Shown here: piece by piece, positions 25,001 to 40,000 of the stretch
Numbering within the stretch: the first letter of the stretch is position 1
Layout: each line of letters begins with the position of its first letter
Source: Squalus acanthias
Taxonomy: Eukaryota
Direction of reading: 5' to 3'
Length of the DNA stretch: 64,000 nucleotides
NCBI GenBank assembly: GCA_030390025.1
Contig: CM059438.1
Location: 60,886,001 to 60,950,000, forward strand
Program-made: the position numbers and the translations under genes
The notes under the pieces: model-generated
Told to the model about the DNA's origin: nothing
Database searches by the model: none
Seen by the model: the letters and a program-made list of their open reading frames with translations, nothing else

Positions 25001-28000
25001 CCATAATCTTCCAATCTTCCTTGGATACGGGGCTGGTGTCAGAGGACTGGAGAATTGCAAATGTAACACCGTTGTTCAAAAAAGGGTGCAAGGATAATCC
25101 CAGCAACTACGGGCCAGTCAGCTTAACCTCAGTGATGGGGAAGCTTTTGGAAATGATAATCGGGACAAAATTAACAGTCACTTGGACAAGTGTGGATTAA
25201 TTAACGGAAGCCACCACGGATTTGTTAAAGGCAAATCGTGTTTAACTAACTTGATTGAGCTTTTTGATGAGGTAATAGAGAGGGTTGATGAGGACAATGC
25301 AGTTGATGTGCTGTACATGGACTTCCAAAAGGCGTTTGATAAAGTGCCACATAATAGGCTTGCCAGCAAAGTTGAAGCCCGTGGAATAAAAGGGACAGTG
25401 GCGGCATGGATACGAAATTGGCTAAGTGACAGGAAACAGAGAGTAGTGGTGAACAGTTCTGGAGGAAGGTATACAGTGGTGTTCCCCAGAGGTCGGTACT
25501 AGGACCACTGCTTTTCTTGATATCTATTAATGATTTGGACATAGGTGTACAGGGCACTATTTCAAAATTTGCAGATGTCACAAAACTTGGAAGTATAATG
25601 AACAGTGAGGAGGATAGGGATAGACTTCAAGAAGACATAGACAGGCTGGTGGAATGGGCAGGCCACGTGGCAGATGAAGTTTAATGCAGAAAAGTGCGAA
25701 GTGATACATTTTGGTAGGAAGAACAAGGAGAGACAATATAAACTAAAGGGTACAATTCTAAAGGGGTTGCATGAACAGAGGCACCTGGGGGCATATGTGT
25801 ACAAATGGTTGAAAGTGGCAGGACAGGTGGAGAAAGCGGTTAGAAAAGCATATGTGATCCTGGGCTTTATAAATAGAGGCAGAGTGCAAAAGCAAGGAAG
25901 TTACGATGAACCTTTATAAAACACTGTTCTGGCCTCAACTGGAGTATTGTGTTCAATTCTGGGCACCGCACTTTAGGAAGGATGTGAAGGCTTTAGAGAG
26001 GATGCAGAATAGATTTACAAGAATGGTTCCAGGAACGAGGGACTTCAGTAATGTGGATAGACTGGAGAAGCTGGGGTTGTTCTCCTTAGAGCAGAGAAGA
26101 TTGAGAGGAGATTTGATAGAGGTGTTCAAAATCATGAGGGATCTAGACAGAGTCGATAGAGAGAAACTGTTCCCATTGGCGAAAGGGTCGAGAACCAGAG
26201 GACACAGATTTAAGGTGATTGGCAGAAGATCCAAAGGCGACAGGAGGAAAAACTTTTTTACACAGCGAGTGGTTAGGATCTGGAATGCATTGCCTGAAAG
26301 GGTGGTGGAGGCAGACTCAATAGTGGCTTTCAAAAGGGAATTGGATAAGTACCTGAAGGAAAAAATTTTGCAGGGCTACGGGGAAAGGGCAGGGGATTGG
26401 GACTAGCTGAAGTGCTTTTGCAGAGAGCCGGCATGGGCTCGACGGGCCGAATGGCTTCCTTCTGTGCTGTAACCATTCTATAATTCTTCTATTCTAACAT
26501 CAGTAGAGATACAGTCAGTAACACAGGGCGCTGGGGGAGGAGTTACTGAGTGACAGTGAGGGAGAGCTGGATTATCAGTAAAGATACAGCCAGTAACACA
26601 GGGTGCTGGGAGAGGGGTTACTGAGTGACAGTGAGGGAGCTGGATTATCAATAGAGATACAGCCAGTAACACAGGGTGCTGGGAGAGGTTACTGAGTGTG
26701 AGTGCTATGTATTGTAGCCTCTCTTCACATTGGACAATCAAAACCAGTAGATAGGAGGGGTCTTGGCAGGATTTGAACCCCAGTTCCTGAGGTGAAAGGG
26801 CTGCACGCTAACTCACTCCGCTATACACTGACACTCCCCCATCAAATCTACAATACATTGCTTCTAAAACGCATAAAATACTGAAAAATTTAATTTAGAA
26901 CCATAAATGATTACAGTACAGGAGGCCATTCAGCCCATCATGTCTGTGTCGGCTCATTGCTAGAACAATCCAAAGTTACTCTCACTCCCCTGCTTTCTTC
27001 CCATAGCCTTGTATCTTTCTTTGCTTTAAATATTTATCCACTTTTCCCTTAAAGATAAACAGTCTTTGTCCCAACTATTCTCTGTGGCAAACCATTCCAT
27101 GCTCCCAACAACCCTTGGCGTAAAGAAACTTCTCCTAATCTCTAACTTCAGTCTGAGGATTTTAAACTGATGCCCCCTGATCAGAGAGTCCCTTGAGGAA
27201 GTAGTTTTTACCCACTTGCCCCATCAAAATTTTGGAAATTTTAAAACCTTTCCAATTTCCTTTTAGGCATCTGCACTCCAGTGGAAATAGTCTCAAGTCT
27301 AGAGTTTCCCCATCCCTGGGACCAGCCTGCTGAATCTACGCTGTGCGCTCTCTATGGCTTTAATGTTCCTTTTTAGATAATGGGGCACTCTGACTGTGCC
27401 CTAACTATTTGCCTGGTACCAATTTATCATAACCTCTTTGCTCTCGTACTCCCTGCCAGCGTTTATGAAACCCAAAACGCTATTGGTCATTTTTATGGCT
27501 TTATCCATCTGCACTTTCAGGGAATGATGTACTTAAACCCCTGGGTTTCACATTTCACAGCCCAAACCCTCCTCAGTTCTCACCTCTCTTTTTCCAGCGA
27601 TTCTAGCAGCGTTGAGTTCTGCTTTCTTCTGAAAGAGAAACAATTTTGTAAAAAAAACTTAAATGACATTAAAAGGAGGATACTGAAAGGAGAGCCATCA
27701 GGTGCAAGCACTTCTCCTACCCCTCCGATCTCCCACAAAGTTTATTATTTAAAAAAATCTCTCCTTGATGGAGGGTAACATTCTTATTATAAATCATTTT
27801 CACCATTGCTGTTCTGGTAAGGCTCAGCTGAGGTCAGGGCCAGGCCAATCAGTAAGTGCCTGTAGTGATTGGACCTCTGCTACCCTCAGCACTGCTCTTT
27901 TGAAGCCATCAAGTCATTAAATGACCAGCCAAGCACACTGGGAAGAGGCTCAGTATGAAAGGGATCATCAGATGATGTCAGCCGTGGCTCAGTGGTAGCA

Positions 28001-31000
28001 CTCTCGCCTCTGAGTCAGAAGGTTGTGGGTTCAAGTACCACACCAGAGACTTGAACACAAAATGTAGGCTGACACTCCAGTGCAGTACTGAGGGAGTGCT
28101 GCACTGTCGGAGGTGCTGTTAAACCGAGGCCCCCGTCTGCCCTCTCAGGTGGACGCAAAAGATTCCATGGCACTATTCGAAGAAGAGCAGGAGTGTTCTG
28201 GCCAATACTTATCCCTCAATCAACATCACTAAAACAGATTGTCTGGTCATTATCACATTGCTGTTTGTGGGAGCTTGCTGTGCGCAAATTGGCTGCCGCG
28301 TTTCCTACATTACAACAGTGACTACACTTCAAAAAGTACTTCATTGGCTGTAATGTACTTGGGATGTCCTGAGTTTGTGAAAGGCGCTATATAAAGACAT
28401 GTCTTTCTTCTACCTGTGGATAAAGGGTGTTGTAGATTGAAACCCCAGCAATGTATGAATCCCACCTCAATAGCAGTTCATAAGAAGCGCCATTCGATCC
28501 TGGTCTTCAGATGGACGTGAAACAACAACTAAAAGATAAAATAGGAAATGTGCAGAGGAGAGCAGTAAGTTTGATCCCAGGTGAGTTGTGAGGAAAGGTG
28601 AGAGAGACTCAAGCTATATGTCCTAGAGAGAGAAAGAAGAAAGCTGGGTGGAGGACAAACCTCTTAGAAACACTACAGTCAGGTAGTTACTTCAAAATAA
28701 AGTTAGGAAAGTTGGAGCACAGAACAAGAGTGGAAATTAGTGAACATTTAGTACCAATATATCATAGGAACAGGGACAGGAGGAGGCCATGCAGCACCTC
28801 GAGCCTGTTCCGCCATTCAATGAGATCATGGCTGATCTGTATCCTAACTCCATCCACCCGCCTTGGCTCCATATCCCTTAATACTCTTGACGAGCAAAAA
28901 TCTATCGATCTCAGATTTAAAAGTATTAATTGAGTTGGCATCTACTGCTTTTTGTGGGAGAGTGTTCCACATTTCCACCACCCTTTGCATGAAGAAGTGT
29001 TTCCTAACTTCTCTCCTGAATGGCCTGGCTCTGATTTTAAGGTTGTGTCCCCTTGTCCTAGACTCCCCCACCAGTGGAAAATGTTTCTCTGTATCTACCC
29101 CATCAATTCTTTTCAAAATCCTAAAAACCTCAATCAAATCACCCCTTAACCTTCTATATTCTAGGGAATACAAGCCTAGTTTATGTAATCTCTCCTCATA
29201 ATCTAACCCCTGGAGCCCTGGTAACATTCTGGTGAATCTGCACTGCACTCCATCCAAGGTCAATATATCCTTTCTAAGGTGCAGTGACCAGCACTGTACA
29301 CAGTAGCCCAGCTGTGATCTAACCAGGGCTTTGTACAGTTGTAGCAAAACTTCCTCCCCTTTATATTCTAACCCTCTAGATATAAAGGCTAAGGTTCCGA
29401 TCGCCTTTTTGATTATTTTTTGTACCTGTCCACTACATTTTAGTGGTCTGTGTACATGGACCCCTATCAGGGAAAACATCTATATTCCAGAGTGAAATTT
29501 GTTCAAGATAATCTACCCAACACACACAGGCAAAAACCACTGTGGTTATTCAAATGTTAATGCACTGGAGGGATGAGATTTGACGGGCTCCACTCCAGCC
29601 TTCATGTTAAGCAGTAAAAGAACATTTCAGGAATGACCAGCCAGGCTTATCAAAAGGACATGAGAGCTCCTTATCAACAGGAATTTCAAATCTAGCCTAT
29701 AAACTTCAACTCCTACCAAAACCCGTCATCGGTCCTGGATTTAAATAGACTCCGCACACTTATAGATACCTGACCCTTTATGGACTGTCTCTAACAATCT
29801 GAATGTTGGGCTATCCCCAGTCGCTAACCCACAGGTTACAGGCTGGAGCGAGCTCAGCTCTTTGAGCAGCCATGGCCATCCAATCTGCATCTGTGTCTAT
29901 TCAAAGGGGTAACGACTAAAACAATAAAATAACAATGGAGGAAGGTTTGAATGAGGAGCGAGGCCACCCAGTGTTAAGGGCCCCACAATCCTCAAAAATC
30001 GGTCAGGCAGTGGCAGATTGACCAATCCCTTCCGATTGGATCACACTGCATTTTCTGTGCATCCTGGAATCTCAGGCTCCGTAATATGTTCTACCCCGGC
30101 TTACTCGTGCTTTATTTCTATTAATGCCAAAGCAACGAGCTGTGTAATGACAGCACAGCGGGGCAGGGTCCAGTTACAGCTGAAATAAGCTTGGGAGGGG
30201 TAAGGGCGGAAGACTTCTTGGGCACCGGGTGACCCCATGGGTCAGTGCTTACCTGCAATGGTGTAGATCATTAGCCCGTGGCTCAGTGCTATCATTCCGA
30301 CCGGAGTCCGAAGGTCGTGGGTTCCAGTCCCACTCCGGAAACCTGAGCCCACAATCTAAGTGGACACTCCAGTGCAGTACCCAAGGGAGTGCTGCACTGT
30401 CGGAGGTGCTGTCTTTCGGAGGAGGTGTTGAACCGAGGCCATGTCTACCCTCGTAAAAGATCCCCTGGCACTAATCGAAGATGAGCAGGGGAGATCTCCC
30501 CGGTATCCTGGCCAGTATTTATCCCTCAACCAACATCACAAAAACAGATTATATGGTCATTATCACACTGCTGTTTGTGGGAGCTTGCTGTGCGCAAATT
30601 GGCTGCCGCGTTTCCTACATTACATTAGTGACTACATTTCAAAAGTAATTAATTAGTTGTAAAGCGCTTTGGGACGTCCTGAGGTGGTGAAAGGCGCTAT
30701 AGAAATGCAAGCCTTTCTTTCCTTACTTACCTGTAATCACTATTCCTGATCATCAGATTTCTTTATATACAAGTTATGGAGACAAAGAATAAGGAAAAGA
30801 GAAAGGGACAAATCCAGAAGTAAGCAAAGCACCAAAGACAAACGAAGGGGTGGGGAAAAAAATTATTAAAATAAACTCTACATTTTCCAAAGCCTCTTTT
30901 CAACTGCTCAGGTCCATTAGCATCTGAAAACAGAGGGAGAGTGGTTAAGGTTTGGGGTTGGGACTCTGCTTGGTTCTGACGAAAAGACTCTTCCCAAACG

Positions 31001-34000
31001 TTAACATGATTTCTCTCTTTCAGAAGCTGACGGACCTGTTGAGTAACTCTGCCATTTTCTGTTCTCGGTCAGATTTGATTTTTTTTTTTAAAAATAGAGA
31101 AAGGAAGTATTCACCCAGTAAACCGCGTCCCCCCCCGGTAACCTCCCGTCCTACCCATTAACCCCCACTCGCACTAACCCGTCTAGATTTTAGGGCGAAG
31201 ACGTGCTGTCCCACGACATCGACAGACACAGTAGTACGTCCCTGGGTCAGTCGGTCACCGATCCGATCATCCATCACACGGTCAAGTGCAGCAGCCATCG
31301 GTCAGTGGGTGCAGCATTGATCCCGCGTCATCGAGAACGTACGGGCCAATTCGGGCACACCGCAACCCCCCGCCCCCCTCACCTCTCGCTGCCCTCCAGC
31401 AAATTGCAGATGAGGTTCGTGGCTCCGCGCTCTCCTCGCTTCAGCTCCTCCTGCAGCCGCTGACGCTCCACCTCCATGTAGCGCTGCTGGTCTCGGAAAC
31501 CCCGGTCCAGCTTCCCCTGCTCCTGTGGAACGCGAGACCAGAGTCAGGCACAGAAAGACGTGAACGCGGAACAAATAAAAACAGGACAGGAAGAGCGAGT
31601 CAGCGCTAGAATGTGGCTATGCCTGGCGAGCGGAAACCGGCAGCCAAGAAGGGCACCAAGAAAGTCGGGAGTAAAGTCCCAGCAAAGGGCAGCGAGAGGC
31701 GGATGAAGGAGAGTTACTGCATTTACAAAGGTGATGAAGCAGGTTCACTCCGACACCGGCATCTCCTCCAAGGCCATGAGCAGCGCAAACTCCTTTGTGA
31801 ACGATATTTCCGAGCGCATCGCGGGTGAAGCTGCCCGCCTGGCCCATTACAACAGGCGCTCGACCATCAGCTCGCGGGAGATCCAGACCGCCGCGCGCCT
31901 GATGCTGCCCAGGGCAGCTGGTCAAGCACGCCGTGTCGGAAGGGACAAAAGCTGTGGCCAAGTACACCGACTACAAGTAAAACTCCACAATATACGGAGA
32001 AAAAAACAAGCTCAGCAGTAACAACTCAATATTCAACTCTCCCCTTAAGTTAGCTAGTTTCATTTCGTCATTCCTGATTTTCCACGGTTAGACAAGCAGT
32101 GCGTTCTCCTGGTGTCCCGGTCAAAATTCCTCCCTCGGCCAACTAAGTGTATGTGTCAGCTGTGGCTCAATGAGTAGCACTCTCGCCTGAGTCAGAAGGT
32201 TATGGGTTCAAGTCCCACTCCAGAGACTTGAGCACAAAAATCTAGGCTGACACTCCAGTGCAGTGCTGAGGGAGTGCTGCACTGTCGGAGGTGCTGTCTT
32301 TCGGATGAGACTTTAAACCGAAGCCCCGTCTGCTCTCTCAGGTGACGTTAAAGATCCCATGGCACTATTTCGAAGAAGAGCAGGGGAGTTCTCCCTGGAG
32401 TCCTGGCCAATATTTATCCCTCAATCAACATCACTAAAAGAGATTATCTGGTCATTATCACATTGCTGTTTGTGGGAGCTTGCTGTGCGCAATTGGCTGC
32501 TGCATTTCCTACATTACAACAGTGACTACACTTCAAAAAGTACTTAATTGGCTGTAAAGCACTTTGGGGACGTTCGGTGGTCGTGAAAGGCGCCATATAA
32601 ATGCAAGTTTTTCAACTCCCAAACATGTCACTCTTATTTGTAGTTTTTGGACGTTGCTGGCCTTCAATTTAATGAATTTCCCGACACAACAAGTTACTTC
32701 AATTCAAGGTGTAATTCATTGTGCAGGAGGATTGGTAACCAGAAGACACAGATTTAAGGTAATCGGCATAAGAACCAGAGGGGAGATGAGGAGACATCTT
32801 TTTATGCGGCAAGTTGTTATGATCTGGAATGCACTGCCTGAAAGGGTAGTGGAAGCAGATTCGATAGTAACTTTCAAAAGGGGAATTGGATAAATACTTG
32901 AAATGAGAAATTTGCAGGGCTATGGGGAAAGAGCAGGGGAGTGGGATTAATTGGATAGCTCTTTCAAAGAGCCGGCACAGGCATGGTGGGTCGAATGGCC
33001 TCCTTCTGTGCTGTAAGATTCTATAACATCCTTTGTACCCTGGAGAATATTAAAACATTTTTCAATATATTTTCGAAACAGCCAAATTAAAGTCGAGGCC
33101 CTGTTATCCAGACGGCGCAGGGTACAACGCCAGACGTCAGCAACAAGTCTCTAACGTGCTGACAGCCACGGTTATAGAATGCCAACTACTGGTGATATCT
33201 ACGGGAGGCAGAGAGTCTCAAAGAGACGCAGAAAAGCATTCGGAAACAGGTGAGATTTGTAGACCCATGTGTACCAAGAGCACACGGGGAAAGGAATAAC
33301 CCAAGTGAGCTGGGCCGGGCTGGGTTGGGATACATCCGATCTGTCCCTGGAACCAGAACACAACAACCGATTCTGACCAGCACCAATCCTCGAGAGCCAG
33401 CAACAAGTTACAAAACACCACAAGTTATATTTTGTTCGACGCAGGGGCAGTGACCTTACCCGCCATTTTGTCCCCTCTCTGCTCGTTCCCCCTGGTTACC
33501 TGCTTCACTGACATCAGGACCTGCTCCTTGTGACTGTTGTTCTGCAGGATGAGCTGTGTCCTCTCCCGCTGTTCCTCGTTCAGCCTCCTCTCGAACGCCA
33601 GCTTCTCCTGCTGCTTCTGCTCCTGGGGACGGGAGACCGAGCGGGTGAGGTGCAGCGTCACAAACCCGTATGGGGAGCTGCCTTGGCGCGCGGCCACGCA
33701 GCAACATAAACACTGTGCCACAGCGATGGGCAGGTCGCTGGGGCGGGTGCGGTTGGTGAAAAGTCATACCCACCCCGGTTTCTCTTGATGGGCTGAGCTG
33801 TACAAACCAGGAGGGATCCGGGTTCAACCTGGATTTAGCTGGAGCACCAGGTTAGGTTGGTGGAAATGGCTGCAGCAGAGTGCCTTCTAACTGGGGAAAG
33901 GAGGAGGGCGATTGGGGTGGGTGGGGGAGGGGAGATGGAGGAGTGGGAAAATCAGCCAGGCCCCCCTCTCCGTTTCAATCGCTGTCCAGTGACCCCAGCT

Positions 34001-37000
34001 AAAAAAGCAAGCATGTGTGTAGCATCAGGTGACCTGTGATCCCCTCTACCGCCCCCCAACCCCCTCACCATGGTTAGATAGTTCACCCACACCTATTGTT
34101 GATCAAACAAGAAAGGCCACTCGGGCAAGGTACTGGAGTGGGATTGGTATTTGTGGAACAGCTCAGGAGAGGGAGAGTAGCAGAAGAAAAAACTCCAGTT
34201 TGGAGGCAGACTCCGGAGTCATTTTTTCTTCGGCAAACCCAACACCACGGAAAGCAAGTGTGTCCTTAGAGGAGACGCGGGACCTCATGGAGCAGGGAAT
34301 TGTTCAAACAACACGGCTTGAGTCAGAACCTTCTATAAATAAACCCCAGATAAAAACAGCCACTTACAGACCACAGACCATCCTGCTGGGCAATTGCTCT
34401 AACCCAGAACACCACTGACCGGGGCGGGGACCGTGCTGGGAATGTGTTGTGACCGGGCAGGACCGCACTGTGACCGGGTGGGAACGCGCGCGACCAACGT
34501 TCCCGTGAAGCTGCACGGCCGCGCAGTTGTTGCAAGGTCCTGTACAGGCCGCTCACCGGCTTTCGCATTGTAAATAGCACACGTGCTCAAAATTTTAAAT
34601 GGGTCGCGCAGTGGGGGAGGCAGGCCGCGCAGGAGGCGGTGCAGTTTACGTTGGCGGTGACCGGGGTGGGAACGGGCTGTACGTCACACAAACTGGACCT
34701 CATTCTGTTTCAGTAATTTGTTTCTGCTGAAGTCAAAGACAGTGGCCTGAAAAGCCTGAATGAAACAAGGCTTTTTATTTTAACAAAATGTAAATCAGGG
34801 AAAATATCTCTAGCTTTCTTATTCAAATTAAGGGTTAAATTTGAGTAACAGCAGGAAATTAGAACCAAACAAGGGTTGATTACGCCTGCCTGCTGTTTAT
34901 TTAGGTAATCTCTCGCCCGAGCTTCTTTATTTATCCTTTGCTTGTGGAAAAACTGCCAAAGTGAAAAGCCCAAGAACTTAATTGAGAACACGACTGCTGA
35001 ATGTCAGATTAAATACATGCTGCACAAATGGTTTCATGAGCCAAGAAGCAGTCAGCGAGTCAGAGCAAGAACCAGGCTGGCCATTAGAGGAATTGTAGGG
35101 AATATCTCTGGGAGGCAGCGAGGGAGGGAGGGAGGGTGAGGCACCAGAGGAGCGGGGGATCGATTTCACCATGTCACATTTTGCCAACTGTAGGATATTC
35201 TGGTACAATTTACTTCACCACATTGAATGTTTGGCACAAAAACAAATGGGTTTGCCAAATAAAGACCACCGTAATAATATAATGGGAGGATAAAAATAGG
35301 CAATGTTATTCTGGGTGATACCCTCGAAGGTTTTGGTGCATTAGAATTCTGTACAATGGGTCGGAATGCGAATGGGTTTGGTCCATTGGAATTCAGTACA
35401 ATGGGACGGAGTGGGAAAAAGTTGGTGCATTGGTATTCAATACTGGAATCAAGATGGACAAATTAACATATTCATTAAGATTTATTTTAAAGTAATAATT
35501 GAGCCAACTACACAGAGTAGCAGCTGTGTGCATTTTCTTACCTTCCTCTTTTCGTAGTCCATGAATTTGCTCTGTAATGAAACAAAACTCCTGTAAATAC
35601 AACACCTGCAAACAGTCACTTCAAGCACCTGCCTTTGTACAGGCATCATCCACCTCACCAGTCATTCAACTGACTGGGCGACAGTCTTGGTCGAGTGTGC
35701 AGCATCGTAGAGAGCAGATTCATGGTTTTTTTGGCGGGGGCAGGGGGCAGTCAGGAGAAAAAAAGGATACCAAAGCTTCGGGCTCATTTACATTCGAGTT
35801 TCCAACGAGCAAAAGAAAGTATGGGGTCAGGATCAATGTTCCCTCTAATTTTTTTTTGTACTGAGCAGGCCACTTTCTGTCAGTGGGCAAATTTTACAAC
35901 AACAACCACCACCACACACACACACTAATGCCATATTTCCACCCCATGAGACAGTCGGACAAGGTTCTATACAAGTTTAACATAACGTCTCTGCTTTTGA
36001 ATTCCATTCCTCTTTATTTGCACTTTTATGGCTTTTTTAACCTGCGTTGCTACTTTTAATGATTTGTGAATCTATACCCCTTGATCCCTTTGCACCTCTA
36101 CCCCATTTAGACTCTTATGTTCCAAGGAGTAGGTCGCCTCCTTATTCCTCCTACCAAAATGCACCACCTCACACTTATCAATATTGAACTTCATTTGTCA
36201 TTTACATGCCCAATCTGCAAGTTTGTTTATGGTAGAATTAATTAAAAGCTTTTACAAACATGTACAAACTATTTTTTTTTTTTTAAAGTTACTTGTCAGA
36301 AATGACTGGGATATAAAAGAACTGCAAAATAATGCATCAACACTTCAGAAAAGTCACTCAGTTACACTGTTATGCATCGACAAACAATCCAAAAGCCCAA
36401 GGTGAGCTGGAGGCATATCTATTCGTGTAATTTGTAATAAAAAGTTTTCAACGTATTAGCCCATCCCTCATGTCACTATAGCAGTGGCTGCACAAGCAGC
36501 AGCTTTCCTATGGCGCTGACGTGCTGTACATCCACATAAGTAATTAGAATATTAATCACAATGCAACCAGACACCCAACAAATATAAAATGCTGTAGTTC
36601 TTTAGTTCACAGTATTAAAAAGGATTGAACAAAAATGGGTATTTTCAACTTCAATCACTTCCATTAATAAACAGTGTCTTCTTGAACCAGCCCACCCGCC
36701 ATGTAACATGACAGAAATGCAGCACTTATTCACAAGTGCAGAAAAACACATACACAGTTTGTGTTAACAAATTAAAAACAAAAAGCAGGAAAAACTATGA
36801 TTTAACAGAAATAAACAAACATTCATCTTTCTTCCTGGACAGAAGAATCAATCAGACTGACTTAGAAATGTTTACCAATATGGTGACATAAAGATGTTAA
36901 TTTACGAATTTCGCTTCTAATGTTCTGCTCTCAAAACATTCACCACAATATTAAATAAAAACAGAAAATGCTGGAGACACTCAGCAGGTCAGGCAGCATC

Positions 37001-40000
37001 TGTGAAGAGAGAAACAGAGTTAACGTTTCAGGTCGATGACCCACTATATTAACCCCTGCTCTTAAGATTAAGGAAGTCTTACTACGAATGTACAGAGCTT
37101 TGGCAAGACCACATCTGGAGTACTGTGCACAGTTTTGGTCTCCTCATCTGAGGAAGGATATACTAATAATGGAGATAGTCAGGACAATGGGGACTCATCC
37201 CTTGTGAGGTGTTAATGGCAGATTGGGCCACAACAATAGAGACACCGAATCTAATACATTAGCAACTATTAGCAAGATTACTTTAACTACCTGAGAATGT
37301 CCAGGTCATCTCCTGTTCCTTTGTAACAGGAAACATCAGGTTAAATTGATTAGCCATTAAACCAAAGATGGCCATTATGTCAATGTCTAGAGGTTTGGAG
37401 AAAAGGAACTTCACTTTAACATAAATTCTGGGCAAAGTCTCGCACATCCCATGCTACCTCAATTAGACAAGATTTTTTGTTTTTTATTCGTTTATGGGAT
37501 GTAGGCGTCACTGGCAAGGCCAGCATTTATTGCCCATCCCTAATTGCCCTTGAAAAGGTGGTGGTGAGCCGCCTTCTTGAGCCCCTGCAGTCCGTGTGGT
37601 GAAAGCGCTCCCACAGTGCTGTTAGCGAGTGAGTTCCAGGATTTTCACCCAGTGACGATGAAGGAACGGCGATATACTTCGAAGTCAGGATGGTGCGAGA
37701 CTTGGAGGGGAACTTGGAGGTGGTGGTGTTCCCATGCGCCTGCTGCCCTTGTCCTTCTAGGTGGAAGAGGTCGCGGGTTTGTGAGGTGCTGTCGAAGAAG
37801 TCTTGGCGAGTTGCTGCAGTGCATCTTGTAGATGGTACACACTGCAGCCACGGTATGCCGGTGGTGGAGGGAGTGAATGTTTAAGGTGGTGGATGGAGTG
37901 AATGTTTAAGGTGGTAGATAGGGTGCCAATCAAGCAGGCTGCTTTGTCCTGGATGGTGTCGATCTTCTTGAGTGCTGTTGGAGCTGCATTCATCCAGGCA
38001 AGTGGAGAGTATTCCATCAGTCCTTACTTGTGCCTTGTAGTTGGCGGAAAGGCTTTGGGGAGTCAGGAGGTGAGACACTCGCCGCAGAATACCTAGCCTC
38101 TGACCTGCTCTTGTTGCCACAGTATTAATGTGGCTGGTCCAGTTAAGTTTCTAGTCAAATGGTGACCCCCCAGGATGTTGATGGTGGGGGATTCGGCGAT
38201 GGTAATGCCGTTGAAAGTCACGGGGCGGTGGTTAGACTCTCGCTTGTCGGGGATAGTCATTGCCTGGCACTTGTGTGGCGCAAATGTTACCTGCCACTTA
38301 TCAGCCCAAGCCTGAACGTCGTCCAGGTCTTGTTGCATGCGGGCATGGACTGCTTCATTATTTGAGGAGTTGTGAATGGCACTGAACACTGAACAGTCAT
38401 CAGCGAACATCCCCATTTCTGACCTTATGTTGGAGGGAAGGTCATTGATGAAGCAGCTGAAGATGGTTGGGCCTAGGACACTGCCCTGAGGACCTCCTGC
38501 AGCGATGTCCTGGGGCTGTGATGATTGACCTTCAACCACCACAACCATCTTCCTTAGTGCTAGGTATGACTCCAGCCAGTGTCTAATAAATCTATGCTGG
38601 CTGTCCCTTATTAATCCATCTGAACCACAGGAGCAGATTTAACATGCCATCCCAAAAACAAATAGACTGGATATTGTTGGTGGGAGGAAAACACCTGATG
38701 AATCAAATGACTTGTTCTGTTATGTTTTCTTATTATTACACCAGTCATTAGCAATGCTAGAAGGAGGTGAGAAACTAAAGCTGGAGTTAACATGCACTCT
38801 GTGCAAACATAAACCCGTACGGGACTCATGCCTCACGCCTTTAGTACCCTCAATTATCTCTTGGGTTATACCAACACTTTTTCATTGAAGTGCACCCAAA
38901 ACCACTTTCCATGGAAGCAAAAGTGCTTGTAGAACTGTGGCCTAATTTAAGATTAAATAAAAGGTGCTTCCCTTTCCCTCCCGTCTGGTACTGTTCTCAG
39001 CTTTAACCAGACACTCATTCACATTAACATTTCCAGTTCAAGATCGTCTTCTTGGGTTACACATCCACAGCTCATCTGCATTACACTGCATGAATTGAAA
39101 CATTAAAAAAAAAGTTTTGCCTGAAGAGGTTCACCAAGACACTCACTGTCAAGCGATCAGTATAATTTTTTTTTAATTAACCTAAAAATTAATATATTCC
39201 AAATAGAAGAATAAAAAATATGACTATTCACTTTCCTGCCTTCACTTCACTGAGTGGTCTTCTGTCCTTTGGAAACTACAGTGTCAAATTTAAACCTCTT
39301 TCAATGTTTCATTGCATGAGAGTCCAATATCCCAAATCTTTATCATTACTTCCAAGCTTGCTGTAACCCTTCATTGTGCAAACTGTTTACTTTTCTGAAA
39401 TTACAGCCTTCAGAATGATTCCACAACTCATGTAAAGTTATGTGATTCAGTAATACTGCCCTGGCCTTTCAAAACAGAAAACCAGGGACTTTCCTTTCCT
39501 CTCTCCGCAATGGATTCAAACCCAACTCCCAGAGGTGGACAGGCAATGCTGTAACACGAGTGTGACACCGAGACCCTCATCAGGAACCTGAATACAATCT
39601 TCAGCATCTCTTTGATAAGCCTAAAAAAAAAGAGCTTTCATCAAAATAATTCAGCACACAACTTGCATACCCAAAGAACTGGTGACTTATGTTGTTGTTA
39701 TCGGTCAGGCTCCCACGGTGCGCTGATCCAAAGTGCGGCCGGAGACTGCCTTCCATTCGGTCCTGGAAACTGAACGGGGACGAGTGTAGGCCTCAGCAAC
39801 CAGTCACCGAGTGCGCGTCTCGGGCTCTGAATCAGAGCTGCCGGCCCAGCACCATTTGATCGCAGCTCCAGCGTCTCCCGGTTCCACCGAGTCCGACTAT
39901 TTCTCTCTTTTGAATGCACCGTGGCCCTGGGGCGCATGCACACTCTCAGCGGGGAAAATTGAGCGGTTGCTGGGGCGCAGAGAATTGTGGGCCCTACAGC

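Noticed and set aside
27893..27912. Histone stem-loop-like GCTCTTTTGAAGCCATC
   Set aside because: Stem is imperfect and lies upstream of and far from the H2B copy.
27976..28050. tRNA genes at SINE heads
   Set aside because: A/B boxes continue directly into SINE bodies, with no complete cloverleaf or Pol III terminator.
36226..36950. 3'UTR-like AT-rich stretch suggesting a nested gene
   Set aside because: No associated coding exon or clear poly(A) signal; composition alone is insufficient.
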